IMG/VR virus record: IMGVR_UViG_3300000117_000009
Coordinates: 43,301 to 107,300 of that record
Reading direction: 5' to 3' (one strand)
Source: a virus
DNA: 64,000 bases
Program-made: the position numbers and the translations under genes
The notes under the pieces: generated by a model
Database searches by the model: none
What the model was told of the DNA's origin: nothing
What the model saw: only the letters and a program-made list of their open reading frames with translations
Part shown: piece after piece, positions 19,188 to 28,714 of the stretch
Layout: the number at the start of each line of letters is the position of its first letter
How positions within the stretch are numbered: position 1 is the stretch's first letter

Positions 19188-20015
19188 ATGAAGAAGTCAT
19201 ATAGTAATAAAGTAACGCAAGGACTTAGAAAAAATAAAATTAATTTATCAATTTTATTCGAAGAAGATGACAAAGACGAAAAAAAAGGTGATGACACAGG
19301 TGATCTTTTTAGTGACGACAGCTTTAAAGATGATGAAAACAAAGAAGATAGTGCTGATGATGTCTCTAAAGATGATGCTGATCCTAAAGAAAAGCCTGAA
19401 GGTGATGAAAAAGATCCAGAGCAGGATACTGCAGAGCTGGATGAAGAAAATTTAAACAATCTTAGCGATCAAGTTTCTTATATGAAAAACTTTTTTGAAA
19501 AAATAAAAAAAGACGACGGCACGTCTTCAGTTGAAAACTATATTTCTTCAGCAGTTGCTTCAAACATTAATGCATCAGCACTAGCAAAATTAACAGCAAG
19601 TTTTTTACGTAAAGGAAAAAGCATTTCAAGTTTCTTAATGTTTGAAGAAAAAGCAGACAAAGAATTAGAAAAAGTTGAAGCTGAGCTGGATGATATTGAT
19701 CGAGTCCTTACTAAGGGTAGCGAAATTGTTGATAAATTCAAAAAGGGCAAAGATATTGACATACAAGGTTATGTTGACGCTGCTGTTAATGCTTATAAAA
19801 ACTTTGACAGCTTATTTGCAAAAGAATTAATTGTCAAACAAGCAACAATCAATGTTTTAATATTGAATAGTGGCGCAAAAGCTGAAATGAACATTAGAGA
19901 ATTTGAAGAGCTTTTTCATGAGGAGTTACATAAGCAATTCAATATTGAATACGAAGAGCATGCTTTAATAACACAAAAAAATGACACAGCTGCAGGAGCC
20001 AAGTCACAATCTTAA
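19188..20015 (+). CDS. acidic hypothetical protein
   Basis: D/E-rich region with tags LSILFEE and ISSFLMFEE. Confidence 0.7.
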   Translation: MKKSYSNKVTQGLRKNKINLSILFEEDDKDEKKGDDTGDLFSDDSFKDDENKEDSADDVSKDDADPKEKPEGDEKDPEQDTAELDEENLNNLSDQVSYMKNFFEKIKKDDGTSSVENYISSAVASNINASALAKLTASFLRKGKSISSFLMFEEKADKELEKVEAELDDIDRVLTKGSEIVDKFKKGKDIDIQGYVDAAVNAYKNFDSLFAKELIVKQATINVLILNSGAKAEMNIREFEELFHEELHKQFNIEYEEHALITQKNDTAAGAKSQS

Positions 20016-20030
20016 TTTAGAAACTATTTT

Positions 20031-20327
20031 ATGAGAAAAAACAATAAACAAGTAAATAAAATTGTCAACAATAAAACTGTCCATGTCGAGCTACCTGGGC
20101 AAGTTCATAAAAAACTCAGAGCACTATTATTTTTAAATGAGTTGTCAATGCAGAAATTTTTTACTTTAATGGCAGAAAAATATGTTTTAAACGACAATTA
20201 TTTACATGATTTAGTCAATAAAAGAGTTGATGAAATCAAAGAAAATAATTTAAATAAACTTAGAAATATAGACGAGAAAGACTTGTATGATGCTATTGAA
20301 GAAAATTCTCCCTTTAAAAGCAATTAA
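20031..20327 (+). CDS. possible ribbon-helix-helix DNA-binding protein
   Basis: TVHVELP..VHKKLR....ELSMQKFF pattern. Confidence 0.45.
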   Translation: MRKNNKQVNKIVNNKTVHVELPGQVHKKLRALLFLNELSMQKFFTLMAEKYVLNDNYLHDLVNKRVDEIKENNLNKLRNIDEKDLYDAIEENSPFKSN

Positions 20328-20574
20328 AAAAATAATAAATCAAAATATTGTTTTTAAAGACCAGATTGATAAACTTGAAGATGATCAAGTAAGAAGCAAT
20401 GTAGAAATTATTAATTTAAAAGAAAAAATTTTACTTCTTGAAAATCATAACAAACATGTTGTTGCAGATACTTTAATACTAGCACAAAATTTAGCAACAA
20501 TATATTCAGTACTTAACGAGCATAATGAAATCATAAAAGACACTGAAATAGTAAAAAAGATAACATATCACTAG
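20287..20574 (+). CDS. coiled-coil hypothetical protein
   Basis: Heptad-like ORF within the operon. Confidence 0.55.
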   Translation: MMLLKKILPLKAIKKIINQNIVFKDQIDKLEDDQVRSNVEIINLKEKILLLENHNKHVVADTLILAQNLATIYSVLNEHNEIIKDTEIVKKITYH

Positions 20575-20622
20575 CTTAATTGCATTCAATATAATATTTA
20601 TAAATAAAACGTAGGCGCAATT

Positions 20623-21039
20623 ATGAAATTAGTTAAAAAAGACGATCTTAGAAGATTAGCAAAGTATTCTTTGTTTGAAAACAATATTAATGAATTAAGA
20701 CTTCCTCTTGATCATGATATGGATGCTTATAAAAATAATTCAACAGGTGCACTTGATCAACCTGGGCCTCAAATTGACGGTGACGGTAATTATAAAAATA
20801 CATGGGAGTCTGAAGAAGAACTTCCTATATCTGCTGATGAATTGGTTAATAACCAGTCACTTATTAGAGTCGATTTAAATATTGACAATTTAAATAAAAA
20901 AAATATTGTTCCTACAAATGTAACAGAACTTTCTGCTTTAATACAGACTACTTTTAGAGACCTAGGACAAAACGACTTGAGTCAAAAAGAAATAGCAGTT
21001 ATCTGGAAACTTATATCAAAAATAACAAGTAAATTGTGA
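20623..21039 (+). CDS. hypothetical protein
   Basis: ORF with LRRLAKYSLFE and INE tags. Confidence 0.65.
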   Translation: MKLVKKDDLRRLAKYSLFENNINELRLPLDHDMDAYKNNSTGALDQPGPQIDGDGNYKNTWESEEELPISADELVNNQSLIRVDLNIDNLNKKNIVPTNVTELSALIQTTFRDLGQNDLSQKEIAVIWKLISKITSKL

Positions 21040-21045
21040 GAAATT

Positions 21046-24000
21046 ATGTCTAACAAACTATTAAAAAAAAGAGTTGAAAAACTTTTAGAGCTCAAGTCTA
21101 ATGAATATAAAAGAAAATATTTTTTATTATCAAAGTTTTCTGAAACTGATGTTAACTTTTGTAAAGAAAACTTTAATAAATTTAAATGTTACATAAAGAG
21201 TTTAAACGAGTCAGCAGGTAAATTTCCAAGTACCAAAGCAATTTTAAATCTTTATGAAAATCAAATATTTGTTGAAACAAAGTCTAAAGCAAAGTCGCAA
21301 AAAAATAGAATCAAAATTAAAAAAGAAGTTAATCTTTTTTACACTCAAGATATTGATAGCCATGAAAGTGTTTTAAATAGCTTACTTGAGGGAATAACAC
21401 TTAAAAATAAAAGGCTTGATAACAAACTAGAAGAAATAATTCTAGAGTCAAATTTAAGAAGCATAAGCTTGCTAACCGAAGCTTCGTATGCAAAAGGAAG
21501 TGTATTAGATCTTACTAATTTATTTACTGATATTAAAGATGTCCCAGCAGAAGATCTAGCTATGATTTCATCTGAAGATGATGACAGTTTTAATGATGTT
21601 GAAGATGATCAAGCAGATACTAGCGCTAGTAAGGTTGAAAGAACAACTAGTAAAGTTATTGATATATTTGCACCTATTACTGGTGGTAAAGATCCTAAAT
21701 CAGTTTCAAAAAAAGAGTTAGCTTCAATGCTAGGTTTTGAAGGAAATGGCAAATACAAGCCAGGTCAAGTAGGACCAGTGCTTTCAGGTTGGGACAAACT
21801 TGAAATGAATATTTTAAGTCAAATGTCACCTTATGGTAGAAGCAAAGGAATGTCAACTGTTGCTCAAAGAAAATTTTGGATTATAGAGTCTATTAAACTC
21901 TGTCTTATGCTTGAAAAGCAAGCTAACTATTTTTTAGGTTTATCTGATCAAGAGAAGTCTAGACTTACTCTTTCAAGCGATGAAAAAGTAAAAGTAGGAC
22001 AAGTCGTTTCAGAAATGAGACCAAGAGGAAGAAATTTAAGTGATAGTGAAATTAGAGAAATTACACAAAGACTCCAGAGCATTTTATTGCAAGGTGACTT
22101 TGACCTAGAAAGACAAGAAATTAAAGAATCAGATCTTGTTACTTTACTTAAAAAAGCATCTTACACTAAAGGAAGAAATATAGAGGCGTTAAAAGCAGAA
22201 CTTGACTTTATGTATCCTTTACATGATACAAGGCCTGACTTTGAAAAAGTACCGATGCAGTCTGATCAAGAACGAAAAGAAACACAAGACGAGGTCGAAA
22301 GTTACTTTGCACAAAAAGATGTTGAAACAAAAGAAACTTATGCCGATGAAATAGACGAAGAAACCGGTGAACCTCTTTACGCTGATGCTGAGCAGATTGA
22401 AAAGATTAAGTCACAAAATGCTGTTATTGTTAAAGACGAGTTAATTGATGAGATCATTAAGACACCAAGTATTAACATGACTGTAATAGAGTTTCAAGAA
22501 TTTATGAAGCAAGTTGACAAAGACGTCACAAGATTAAGACAGCTTTCTGATAAAACAAAAGACAAAGCAAATCCGGATATATTTAAAGAGTTTGAAACTG
22601 ATAGTGCAGGTAATATATTACCTGATATAGAAGCTATTCCTGATATTATTCCCACTGAAGGTTTAACTGAAGCTGAAAAGGAAGAAATGGCAGATATTAT
22701 TATTCGTCTAGGTCAAAAACAAAAAATATCAATTATTAATTTAGACAGACGAGGTGAAATTTACGACGAGCTCTGTGACAAAGCAGTTTCAGTAGATGAG
22801 TTTATTTCGTTTAGAAAAGGATACGGACTAGATAGTTCTGATAAGCCTATGTCTTGGGAAGACATTGCTCGAGCTTCATACGGCAAGTTTAGAGGCGGTC
22901 AAGCTAGCAGACAGTTTGGAGTTAAGACTTGGTTTAGAGGAATGTTTTATTCGCTTTCACCTGAAAGTAAGGCAAATATATATTCTTTCTTGGCAGAGAG
23001 ATGGTATGATAGACTAAAAGTTTTAGATCTTATTGATGATAAAGCTTTTGCAAGAATACCTTCGAAAACTGGAAATCCTGCAGAAGATAAAGCAGTTTCA
23101 GCTTCTAATCTTGAAAAACTTAAAGATGCAGGCAAGTATAAGAGATCAGATAAATTATCAGCCATATCAGATACATTAGAAATGGTTTCTAAATACACAC
23201 AGCCTAGATATGTTAAAAGGTATTTTGATACTGAAAGAGATGACAGCCTTGACCTTGCTATTCAAGAAAAACTTGAAAGTCTCAAACAATTAGCATCTAC
23301 AGTAGATGAGTATGATTCAGTCTTAAAACGACTTGAAGCTGAAGATCCTGACACAGCTGCATTTGCATTAATGGACACAATGTTTAACGGTAACTCAGGA
23401 TTTAGAATGTTTGCAACAGGTATGCTTAAAGAATATTATAACGATATAATTTGGCCAAGTGCTGAAGCTGAGCTTGCATATGCAGTTAAACAATACTTTG
23501 ACACACATTACAAAGGTAGTAATATTGGTAAAAGTTTAATGCAAGGCCAAAACTCTGACAGGGTTAAACCAGAAGAAGGTAAAGAGTTGTTTAATAAAAT
23601 AATATATCTTGTTATGCAAAGAACTGGTATACCTTCAACAGGCGATAGATTACCAAACGTTGGCGATGGTAGAGCATCTCAGATTGAATATTTTAAAGGC
23701 GAAGCTGATCCAAGAGGAGATTTTGCAAAAGCTGTCATGAAGTTTAATGCTAAAGGTCACACAAATAAGCTATACGGAAGAACAGGCTCTACATATAATC
23801 CACTTAATAGATCACCTTTTAGTGCAGACGACGTTGATATGCTTCTCACTGACATGTTTAATCCTAACGGAATTATTGGTCAATCTTATGAAAAGTTAAA
23901 AACATTAACAAGCGTTACAGAAGGTGATATTATTGCCTGGCTTGGTGATTATCCTGAAGCAAAAATTGATCAGGCAATAGTCTTAGGAATGTCAATGAGT

Positions 24001-24219
24001 GATTTCTATAGAAAGAATGATGTGGATCCAACAATCCTAGAAGTAATTGAAGGTTTAGGGAAAGATACTAAAAAAGCATTAGAAGATTACAAAAAACAAT
24101 TTAGAGGTTTATTGCTTGGAAAAGATTTTGCAGATTATTTAGATTATGAGTTTGGTTTTGAAACTTTAGATCCTAAATCAAAAGGCTCTTCTAATCCTGG
24201 CGGCAAGAATTTTCAGTGA
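21046..24219 (+). CDS. large hypothetical protein with multi-LxE N-terminal region
   Basis: 1057 aa. SLNE, SLLE, IILE and LLTE lie within the first ~145 aa. Confidence 0.7.
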   Translation: MSNKLLKKRVEKLLELKSNEYKRKYFLLSKFSETDVNFCKENFNKFKCYIKSLNESAGKFPSTKAILNLYENQIFVETKSKAKSQKNRIKIKKEVNLFYTQDIDSHESVLNSLLEGITLKNKRLDNKLEEIILESNLRSISLLTEASYAKGSVLDLTNLFTDIKDVPAEDLAMISSEDDDSFNDVEDDQADTSASKVERTTSKVIDIFAPITGGKDPKSVSKKELASMLGFEGNGKYKPGQVGPVLSGWDKLEMNILSQMSPYGRSKGMSTVAQRKFWIIESIKLCLMLEKQANYFLGLSDQEKSRLTLSSDEKVKVGQVVSEMRPRGRNLSDSEIREITQRLQSILLQGDFDLERQEIKESDLVTLLKKASYTKGRNIEALKAELDFMYPLHDTRPDFEKVPMQSDQERKETQDEVESYFAQKDVETKETYADEIDEETGEPLYADAEQIEKIKSQNAVIVKDELIDEIIKTPSINMTVIEFQEFMKQVDKDVTRLRQLSDKTKDKANPDIFKEFETDSAGNILPDIEAIPDIIPTEGLTEAEKEEMADIIIRLGQKQKISIINLDRRGEIYDELCDKAVSVDEFISFRKGYGLDSSDKPMSWEDIARASYGKFRGGQASRQFGVKTWFRGMFYSLSPESKANIYSFLAERWYDRLKVLDLIDDKAFARIPSKTGNPAEDKAVSASNLEKLKDAGKYKRSDKLSAISDTLEMVSKYTQPRYVKRYFDTERDDSLDLAIQEKLESLKQLASTVDEYDSVLKRLEAEDPDTAAFALMDTMFNGNSGFRMFATGMLKEYYNDIIWPSAEAELAYAVKQYFDTHYKGSNIGKSLMQGQNSDRVKPEEGKELFNKIIYLVMQRTGIPSTGDRLPNVGDGRASQIEYFKGEADPRGDFAKAVMKFNAKGHTNKLYGRTGSTYNPLNRSPFSADDVDMLLTDMFNPNGIIGQSYEKLKTLTSVTEGDIIAWLGDYPEAKIDQAIVLGMSMSDFYRKNDVDPTILEVIEGLGKDTKKALEDYKKQFRGLLLGKDFADYLDYEFGFETLDPKSKGSSNPGGKNFQ

Positions 24220-24227
24220 GATAAAAA

Positions 24228-24569
24228 ATGTATTTACAGGATATTATGACAAACTACTTAAATGAAACAAATACTTCAATAATGAACGACTTTAATCCAA
24301 TAAACCCTAAACAAAGTGACTGGTTGATTGAAGAAAAAAGAATTGTTAAAACATATACTTTTAAAGATAAAAAATTTCTTGAAGCATTTATAGTTGAACT
24401 TATTAAATATAATAGAGAAGCAAATGCTGTCATAGAGTTTAGAGTAAAAGAAAATAAGGTTGGCATAATAATTCACGCTACAGCACCCCAGTTATCAGAA
24501 ATTGAATTTGAAGCTAAGTCTGATGTTGTAAAAATTAAAAAGGATGTGATGTATTATTATGCAAAATAA
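24228..24569 (+). CDS. pterin-4a-carbinolamine dehydratase-like protein (degenerate)
   Basis: W...EKRIVKTYTF.D...F pattern and size fit the family, but the HHP motif is absent. Confidence 0.45.
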   Translation: MYLQDIMTNYLNETNTSIMNDFNPINPKQSDWLIEEKRIVKTYTFKDKKFLEAFIVELIKYNREANAVIEFRVKENKVGIIIHATAPQLSEIEFEAKSDVVKIKKDVMYYYAK

Positions 24570-24798
24570 TAACAACTTTTTTATAAGCGAAGAACTTTTA
24601 GATGTTTTTGATGAAAAGTCATTAATAGACAAAAAAGAAATAGATGAATTAGTTTATGAAATTAAGTCAGATAACATAAAATACAAATGCAAAGTAATTA
24701 AGTTCAAATCTTTAAAAAATCATAACAGAATTACTTTAAAGTCTAATTTTGATATCTTGTCATGTCTTTATTTAAAAAAAAAGTTAGTTTTGTTATAA
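24559..24798 (+). CDS. hypothetical protein, possibly extended by a -1 frameshift to 24926
   Basis: Ends just after an A9 run containing A_AAA_AAG. The -1 frame is open to 24926. Confidence 0.55.
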   Translation: MQNNNNFFISEELLDVFDEKSLIDKKEIDELVYEIKSDNIKYKCKVIKFKSLKNHNRITLKSNFDILSCLYLKKKLVLL

Positions 24799-24915
24799 GT
24801 AATAAAGACAATGTAATCGAAAAAATAGATATTGATTTTAATTTAAAAGGTTTGAATATTAAACGTAACAAAGATAATATTTATATTATAAAACTAAACT
24901 TGGAGAAAGTAAGCC

Positions 24916-25089
24916 ATGGAGTTTGAATTCGATAAATTTGTCAAAGATTTAGACAAAAGACAGGCAAATGATATAGAAAGACGTCGAGTTGCACGTCACA
25001 TTCAGGAAGAAGACGAGCGTCGTAGACTTCGAAACATGAATTATAACGAGAGATGGCAGAATAGAATTGTCTGGGAGGATAAGCAATGA
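24916..25089 (+). CDS. small hypothetical protein (57 aa, not in the ORF track)
   Basis: MEFEFDKFVKDLDKRQ...WEDKQ, with GGAG upstream and an ATGA overlap with the next gene. Confidence 0.7.
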   Translation: MEFEFDKFVKDLDKRQANDIERRRVARHIQEEDERRRLRNMNYNERWQNRIVWEDKQ

Positions 25090-25724
25090 GTCACGAAGTA
25101 ATTAGCATGTTTGAAGAAATACTATCGGAGGTTAACTGGGCTGAAGAGCGGGACGAACAAATTTCAAATGCTAGACGACTTGATCAACATGCTGCTGACA
25201 GTACTGAATCATCTGTAAAGGAAGATACAGACGAAGAAACTGGTGAAGAAGAACCTCTAGATGATAGTGAATCGGGTGATGATAAGGCAGCTCCTGGTGA
25301 ACTCAAAATAGAAGATGCTTTAGAGTATGTTAAGCTTAAAGGACTATTGAACCAATTTAGAGCATCACGATCTTTTAAAGATCCAGAAGTAAATGTTGAA
25401 CTTAAAAAATATTTTAAAAGACTTTCAAATGCAGAAAAAAAAGTTCTTTATGTACTTATAAAAGGTTTAACACAAGTAACCTTATTAGACATTTCTGGAA
25501 AAACTGCTTTTACACCAGCAGACAAATCTATTAATGTTGCAATATCAAGCTCAACGTCAGAAGAAAAAGATGCTTCTAAAGAAAGAGCACAACAGCTTAC
25601 AAAAGACGAAGAAGACGAAGAAGAAATTAACAAGATTACAAATACTCCTATAAATATTGGTGGTAACAATAGAAGCGATGAATCTTTACAGGAAATATAT
25701 AATATTGTAAAATCAAATGCCTAA
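25086..25724 (+). CDS. acidic hypothetical protein
   Basis: Tags MFEEILSE and ESLQEIY. Confidence 0.7.
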   Translation: MSHEVISMFEEILSEVNWAEERDEQISNARRLDQHAADSTESSVKEDTDEETGEEEPLDDSESGDDKAAPGELKIEDALEYVKLKGLLNQFRASRSFKDPEVNVELKKYFKRLSNAEKKVLYVLIKGLTQVTLLDISGKTAFTPADKSINVAISSSTSEEKDASKERAQQLTKDEEDEEEINKITNTPINIGGNNRSDESLQEIYNIVKSNA

Positions 25725-26697
25725 GCTAATATCTTTAGTCCAACCTTACGAAATTAAAAATATAAAAAACTTCCACCAGTTTCTTGTTTTTGCAAAAAAC
25801 TTAATTCGAATTATATGCACAAAAGGTTGTCAAGAAAAAGTTGATGGTGTACTTGTTCCTGTTAGATGGTCAAAAGAAAAAAAAGTTTGGGTTGTAGATA
25901 GAGGAACAAACCTTTTTAGAGACAAAGTAGGCGTTGATTTAAGCAATATTAAAACATATTACAGAGAAAACAGTGTTATGTATAACGCAGTGTCTTTTAT
26001 TTTAAACGCAGTTAACAGTTTACAAAATATAAATGTAATTGGTAAAGACTACGGTTTACTTAAAAACAGCAGTAAATTTATTGCATTTGAGTATGTAAAT
26101 CACAAAACAAACATTGTTGATTATGAAAAAGAATATGCTTATATATTAGGACTTTACCAGCGACATAATAAAAATAGAGATGTTTTTTACAATAAAAAGA
26201 AAACACAATCAACGCTACTTAGTCAAGACAAAGATTTTAAAGAAAAGTTTGTGAATGAAAATATAAACACGCCAGATTTTTTTAAACTCAATGCAAACTA
26301 TAGACAAGTTTATTTAGAATTTACAAGTGAAATACTAGAAAAGTACTTCAATAAAGAAAAAATTTCTTTTTACTATAAGGAAAACTATGCTTTAGAAAGT
26401 GTGTCGTCATTAAAAAAAATAAAAAAAGCTTATAGTTCGCAAAAAGATGTTTTATGTGATAAAAAACTTAATAGTCAAATGTTGAATGTTTATTTGAGTG
26501 TTTTTTTAGGAGATTTTTTAAAGAGAAAGTTAAGCATAAGTAATCAAGAAGGTGTTGTTATATACGATAGCGTATTAAAATCAAACGTTAAAATAGTAGG
26601 AAAATCTATATTACAAGAAAAAAAACAGTTTAAAAATAATTTATCAAACAATGAAAATGACTATAGTTCTTTCTATATGATCCCGAAAGCTTTTTAA
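25717..26697 (+). CDS. RNA-ligase / nucleotidyltransferase-like protein
   Basis: EKVDG (motif I), FEYV, EGVVI and VKIVG. Resembles the C-terminal domain of 37929..41426. Confidence 0.55.
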   Translation: MPKLISLVQPYEIKNIKNFHQFLVFAKNLIRIICTKGCQEKVDGVLVPVRWSKEKKVWVVDRGTNLFRDKVGVDLSNIKTYYRENSVMYNAVSFILNAVNSLQNINVIGKDYGLLKNSSKFIAFEYVNHKTNIVDYEKEYAYILGLYQRHNKNRDVFYNKKKTQSTLLSQDKDFKEKFVNENINTPDFFKLNANYRQVYLEFTSEILEKYFNKEKISFYYKENYALESVSSLKKIKKAYSSQKDVLCDKKLNSQMLNVYLSVFLGDFLKRKLSISNQEGVVIYDSVLKSNVKIVGKSILQEKKQFKNNLSNNENDYSSFYMIPKAF

Positions 26698-26967
26698 TTG
26701 TTTAATGATATCCACGAAGATCAGTTTCAAGAAATTACGTCTTTGGTAAAAGAGCTGACCGAGTTTTATTCAGGAGATGACTGGCTGCTTATTAAAAAGT
26801 ATATTTTAAGATATTCTAGACCTGAAACTCGTAAAAATTTTTCAACAAGAAATAGCAAAACTAAAAAGCACACGCTAAATAAATTTGAAATTAAATTAAT
26901 AAATTACTGTGAGTCTGAATATAATTTACTATTAAAGTTACATGACAAAGATAAACATTTTGAATGA
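26698..26967 (+). CDS. hypothetical protein
   Basis: ORF within the operon. Confidence 0.55.
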   Translation: MFNDIHEDQFQEITSLVKELTEFYSGDDWLLIKKYILRYSRPETRKNFSTRNSKTKKHTLNKFEIKLINYCESEYNLLLKLHDKDKHFE

Positions 26968-27268
26968 AAGGTTACTAATGAGCACTAAGTTTAATCAGCC
27001 TAGTATATTTTACGAAGAGACACCTGAAGGACTTTCTTCAGGCTTCCCTTTTATGGAAATACAAAAAAAAGAAACAATACCTGATGTTTTATTTATCGGT
27101 GCAGTGCAAGATACAGATGAAAGAATAGAAGATAGTAGTGATACTATAAAAGAAATTATTATGCAGAGCTACTACAACAGTGAAGCAATAAAAAAAGTAT
27201 TAGACGAAGAAACATACAATTCTTTAAAGCTATCACTTGGACTTAGAAAAGAGAAGAGTAATGTATAG
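26942..27268 (+). CDS. hypothetical protein
   Basis: ORF within the operon. Confidence 0.65.
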   Translation: MTKINILNERLLMSTKFNQPSIFYEETPEGLSSGFPFMEIQKKETIPDVLFIGAVQDTDERIEDSSDTIKEIIMQSYYNSEAIKKVLDEETYNSLKLSLGLRKEKSNV

Positions 27269-27692
27269 TGTTGGTCAAATAGTCTATTCTCTATTAGAAA
27301 ATAAAAAATTAATAATTCCTATTAAAATAGTCGAAGAAATAACTGTAAAAAATCTAGAGACAGAAATTACAACTTATAAAGTCTTAATTCCAAATAATAA
27401 AAAAGAAAAAGTTAATCTAGATAAATTTGACAATGTCTTTGACACAATCGATAAAGCATCAAGTTACATGATAGAAAATGCAAAAAAAGCAATTGATGAT
27501 TTAACTTTTAAAGCGTTAGAGCTAGAAGAAAAGTTTTTTTCTGTTAAAGATGAAAGTGTCACGTGCATAAATGATATTGAAAATGATAAAATTAATTTAG
27601 GCGACGGCACAGCGGCCGATGTCAATATAAATAATTTAAACCTACAAAATACAGTTAGTGAGAAACCAATTGAAGAAAGTGCTTCTGCTTGA
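27237..27692 (+). CDS. hypothetical protein
   Basis: ORF within the operon; the start is probably at MYSVGQIVY. Confidence 0.65.
   Translation: MDLEKRRVMYSVGQIVYSLLENKKLIIPIKIVEEITVKNLETEITTYKVLIPNNKKEKVNLDKFDNVFDTIDKASSYMIENAKKAIDDLTFKALELEEKFFSVKDESVTCINDIENDKINLGDGTAADVNINNLNLQNTVSEKPIEESASA
27563..27592 (+). promoter_or_regulatory. GTGCAT-N18-TAAAAT promoter-like site upstream of the exonuclease gene
   Basis: Matches the recurrent motif. Confidence 0.45.
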
Positions 27693-28479
27693 CGGTTATA
27701 ATTTAATTTATCGTGCTAGATATAGTGGAATGAATAAAGGCAAACATTCAGTAATATTTAATTTTTTTAGAGGATTAAGACCTTTAGTTGAAAAGTTTAA
27801 GCCAGATGTTTGTTATTTTGTTCTTGAAGGAAGACCTGTAAAAAGGCTTAATAATGATGCAAAATACAAAGCGCAAAGAGTATATAACAATGAAGATAAT
27901 TTTAGTGAGCAAAAAAAAGAAATTATTAGGATTTTAGCAGAGTACTTTCCTATTACGCTAGCAAGACACGAAAACTATGAATGTGATGATATTATTAATT
28001 ACCTAGCAAATGATTTGCATAAAGATGACATGTCAACAATAATATCTTCAGATACTGACTTTATTCAAAGTATTAATGAAAATAATCAACTTTATAACCC
28101 AGTCAAAAAAGATTTTATTCAAAAAACTGATTATGACTATGTAAGCTGGAAATCACTTGTAGGTGATAAATCTGACAATATTATGGGTTTTAAAGGGATT
28201 GGCAATAAGCGCGCTTTAAATTTAATATTGGATAAAGACAAATTTAAAGAGTTTCTCACTATCAAAGAGAATAAAGAAAAATTTAATAATAATATGTTCA
28301 TGATTAAATTTCACGAATTAAATGATGACATAAAAGATATTGTATTTAAAAGAAATTCTTTTCAAAATTGGGATCTTCTTAAAAAAGAATTTATAAATTT
28401 TGAGTTTAATTCTATAATAGGTAAAGAAAAAACATGGGAAAAGTATATAAATACTTTTGATCAATTAATTGAAAGGTAA
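27658..28479 (+). CDS. 5'-3' exonuclease / flap endonuclease (PolI N-terminal, T4 RNase H-like)
   Basis: LLDGYNL, YKAQR, ECDDII, SSDTDF and GDKSDNI.G..GIG.K. Confidence 0.92.
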   Translation: MRNQLKKVLLLDGYNLIYRARYSGMNKGKHSVIFNFFRGLRPLVEKFKPDVCYFVLEGRPVKRLNNDAKYKAQRVYNNEDNFSEQKKEIIRILAEYFPITLARHENYECDDIINYLANDLHKDDMSTIISSDTDFIQSINENNQLYNPVKKDFIQKTDYDYVSWKSLVGDKSDNIMGFKGIGNKRALNLILDKDKFKEFLTIKENKEKFNNNMFMIKFHELNDDIKDIVFKRNSFQNWDLLKKEFINFEFNSIIGKEKTWEKYINTFDQLIER

Positions 28480-28484
28480 ACTAA

Positions 28485-28706
28485 ATGTCTATTGAAGTTG
28501 TTTTACAAAACGAAGCGCTAACAAATCTAAGAAACAAAAGTATTATTACAGCAAATGAAGTCGCTGTAAGTGTAGGTGATCTATTTTACGCTAAAAATGT
28601 TTTGACTAATGAAAAAAGAGTTTTAGATAAGTCTGCTATTGAAAGTGTAATTAATTTATCAACTTTAAGTGAAAGCACAACAAATAAAACCTTACTGAAA
28701 GGGTGA
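28485..28706 (+). CDS. hypothetical protein
   Basis: ORF with an AAGG RBS. Confidence 0.65.
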   Translation: MSIEVVLQNEALTNLRNKSIITANEVAVSVGDLFYAKNVLTNEKRVLDKSAIESVINLSTLSESTTNKTLLKG

Positions 28707-28714
28707 AATTATAA

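Noticed and set aside
28485-28706. GroES upstream of groEL
   Set aside because: No PLxDRV or mobile-loop GGI motif, and the protein is short.
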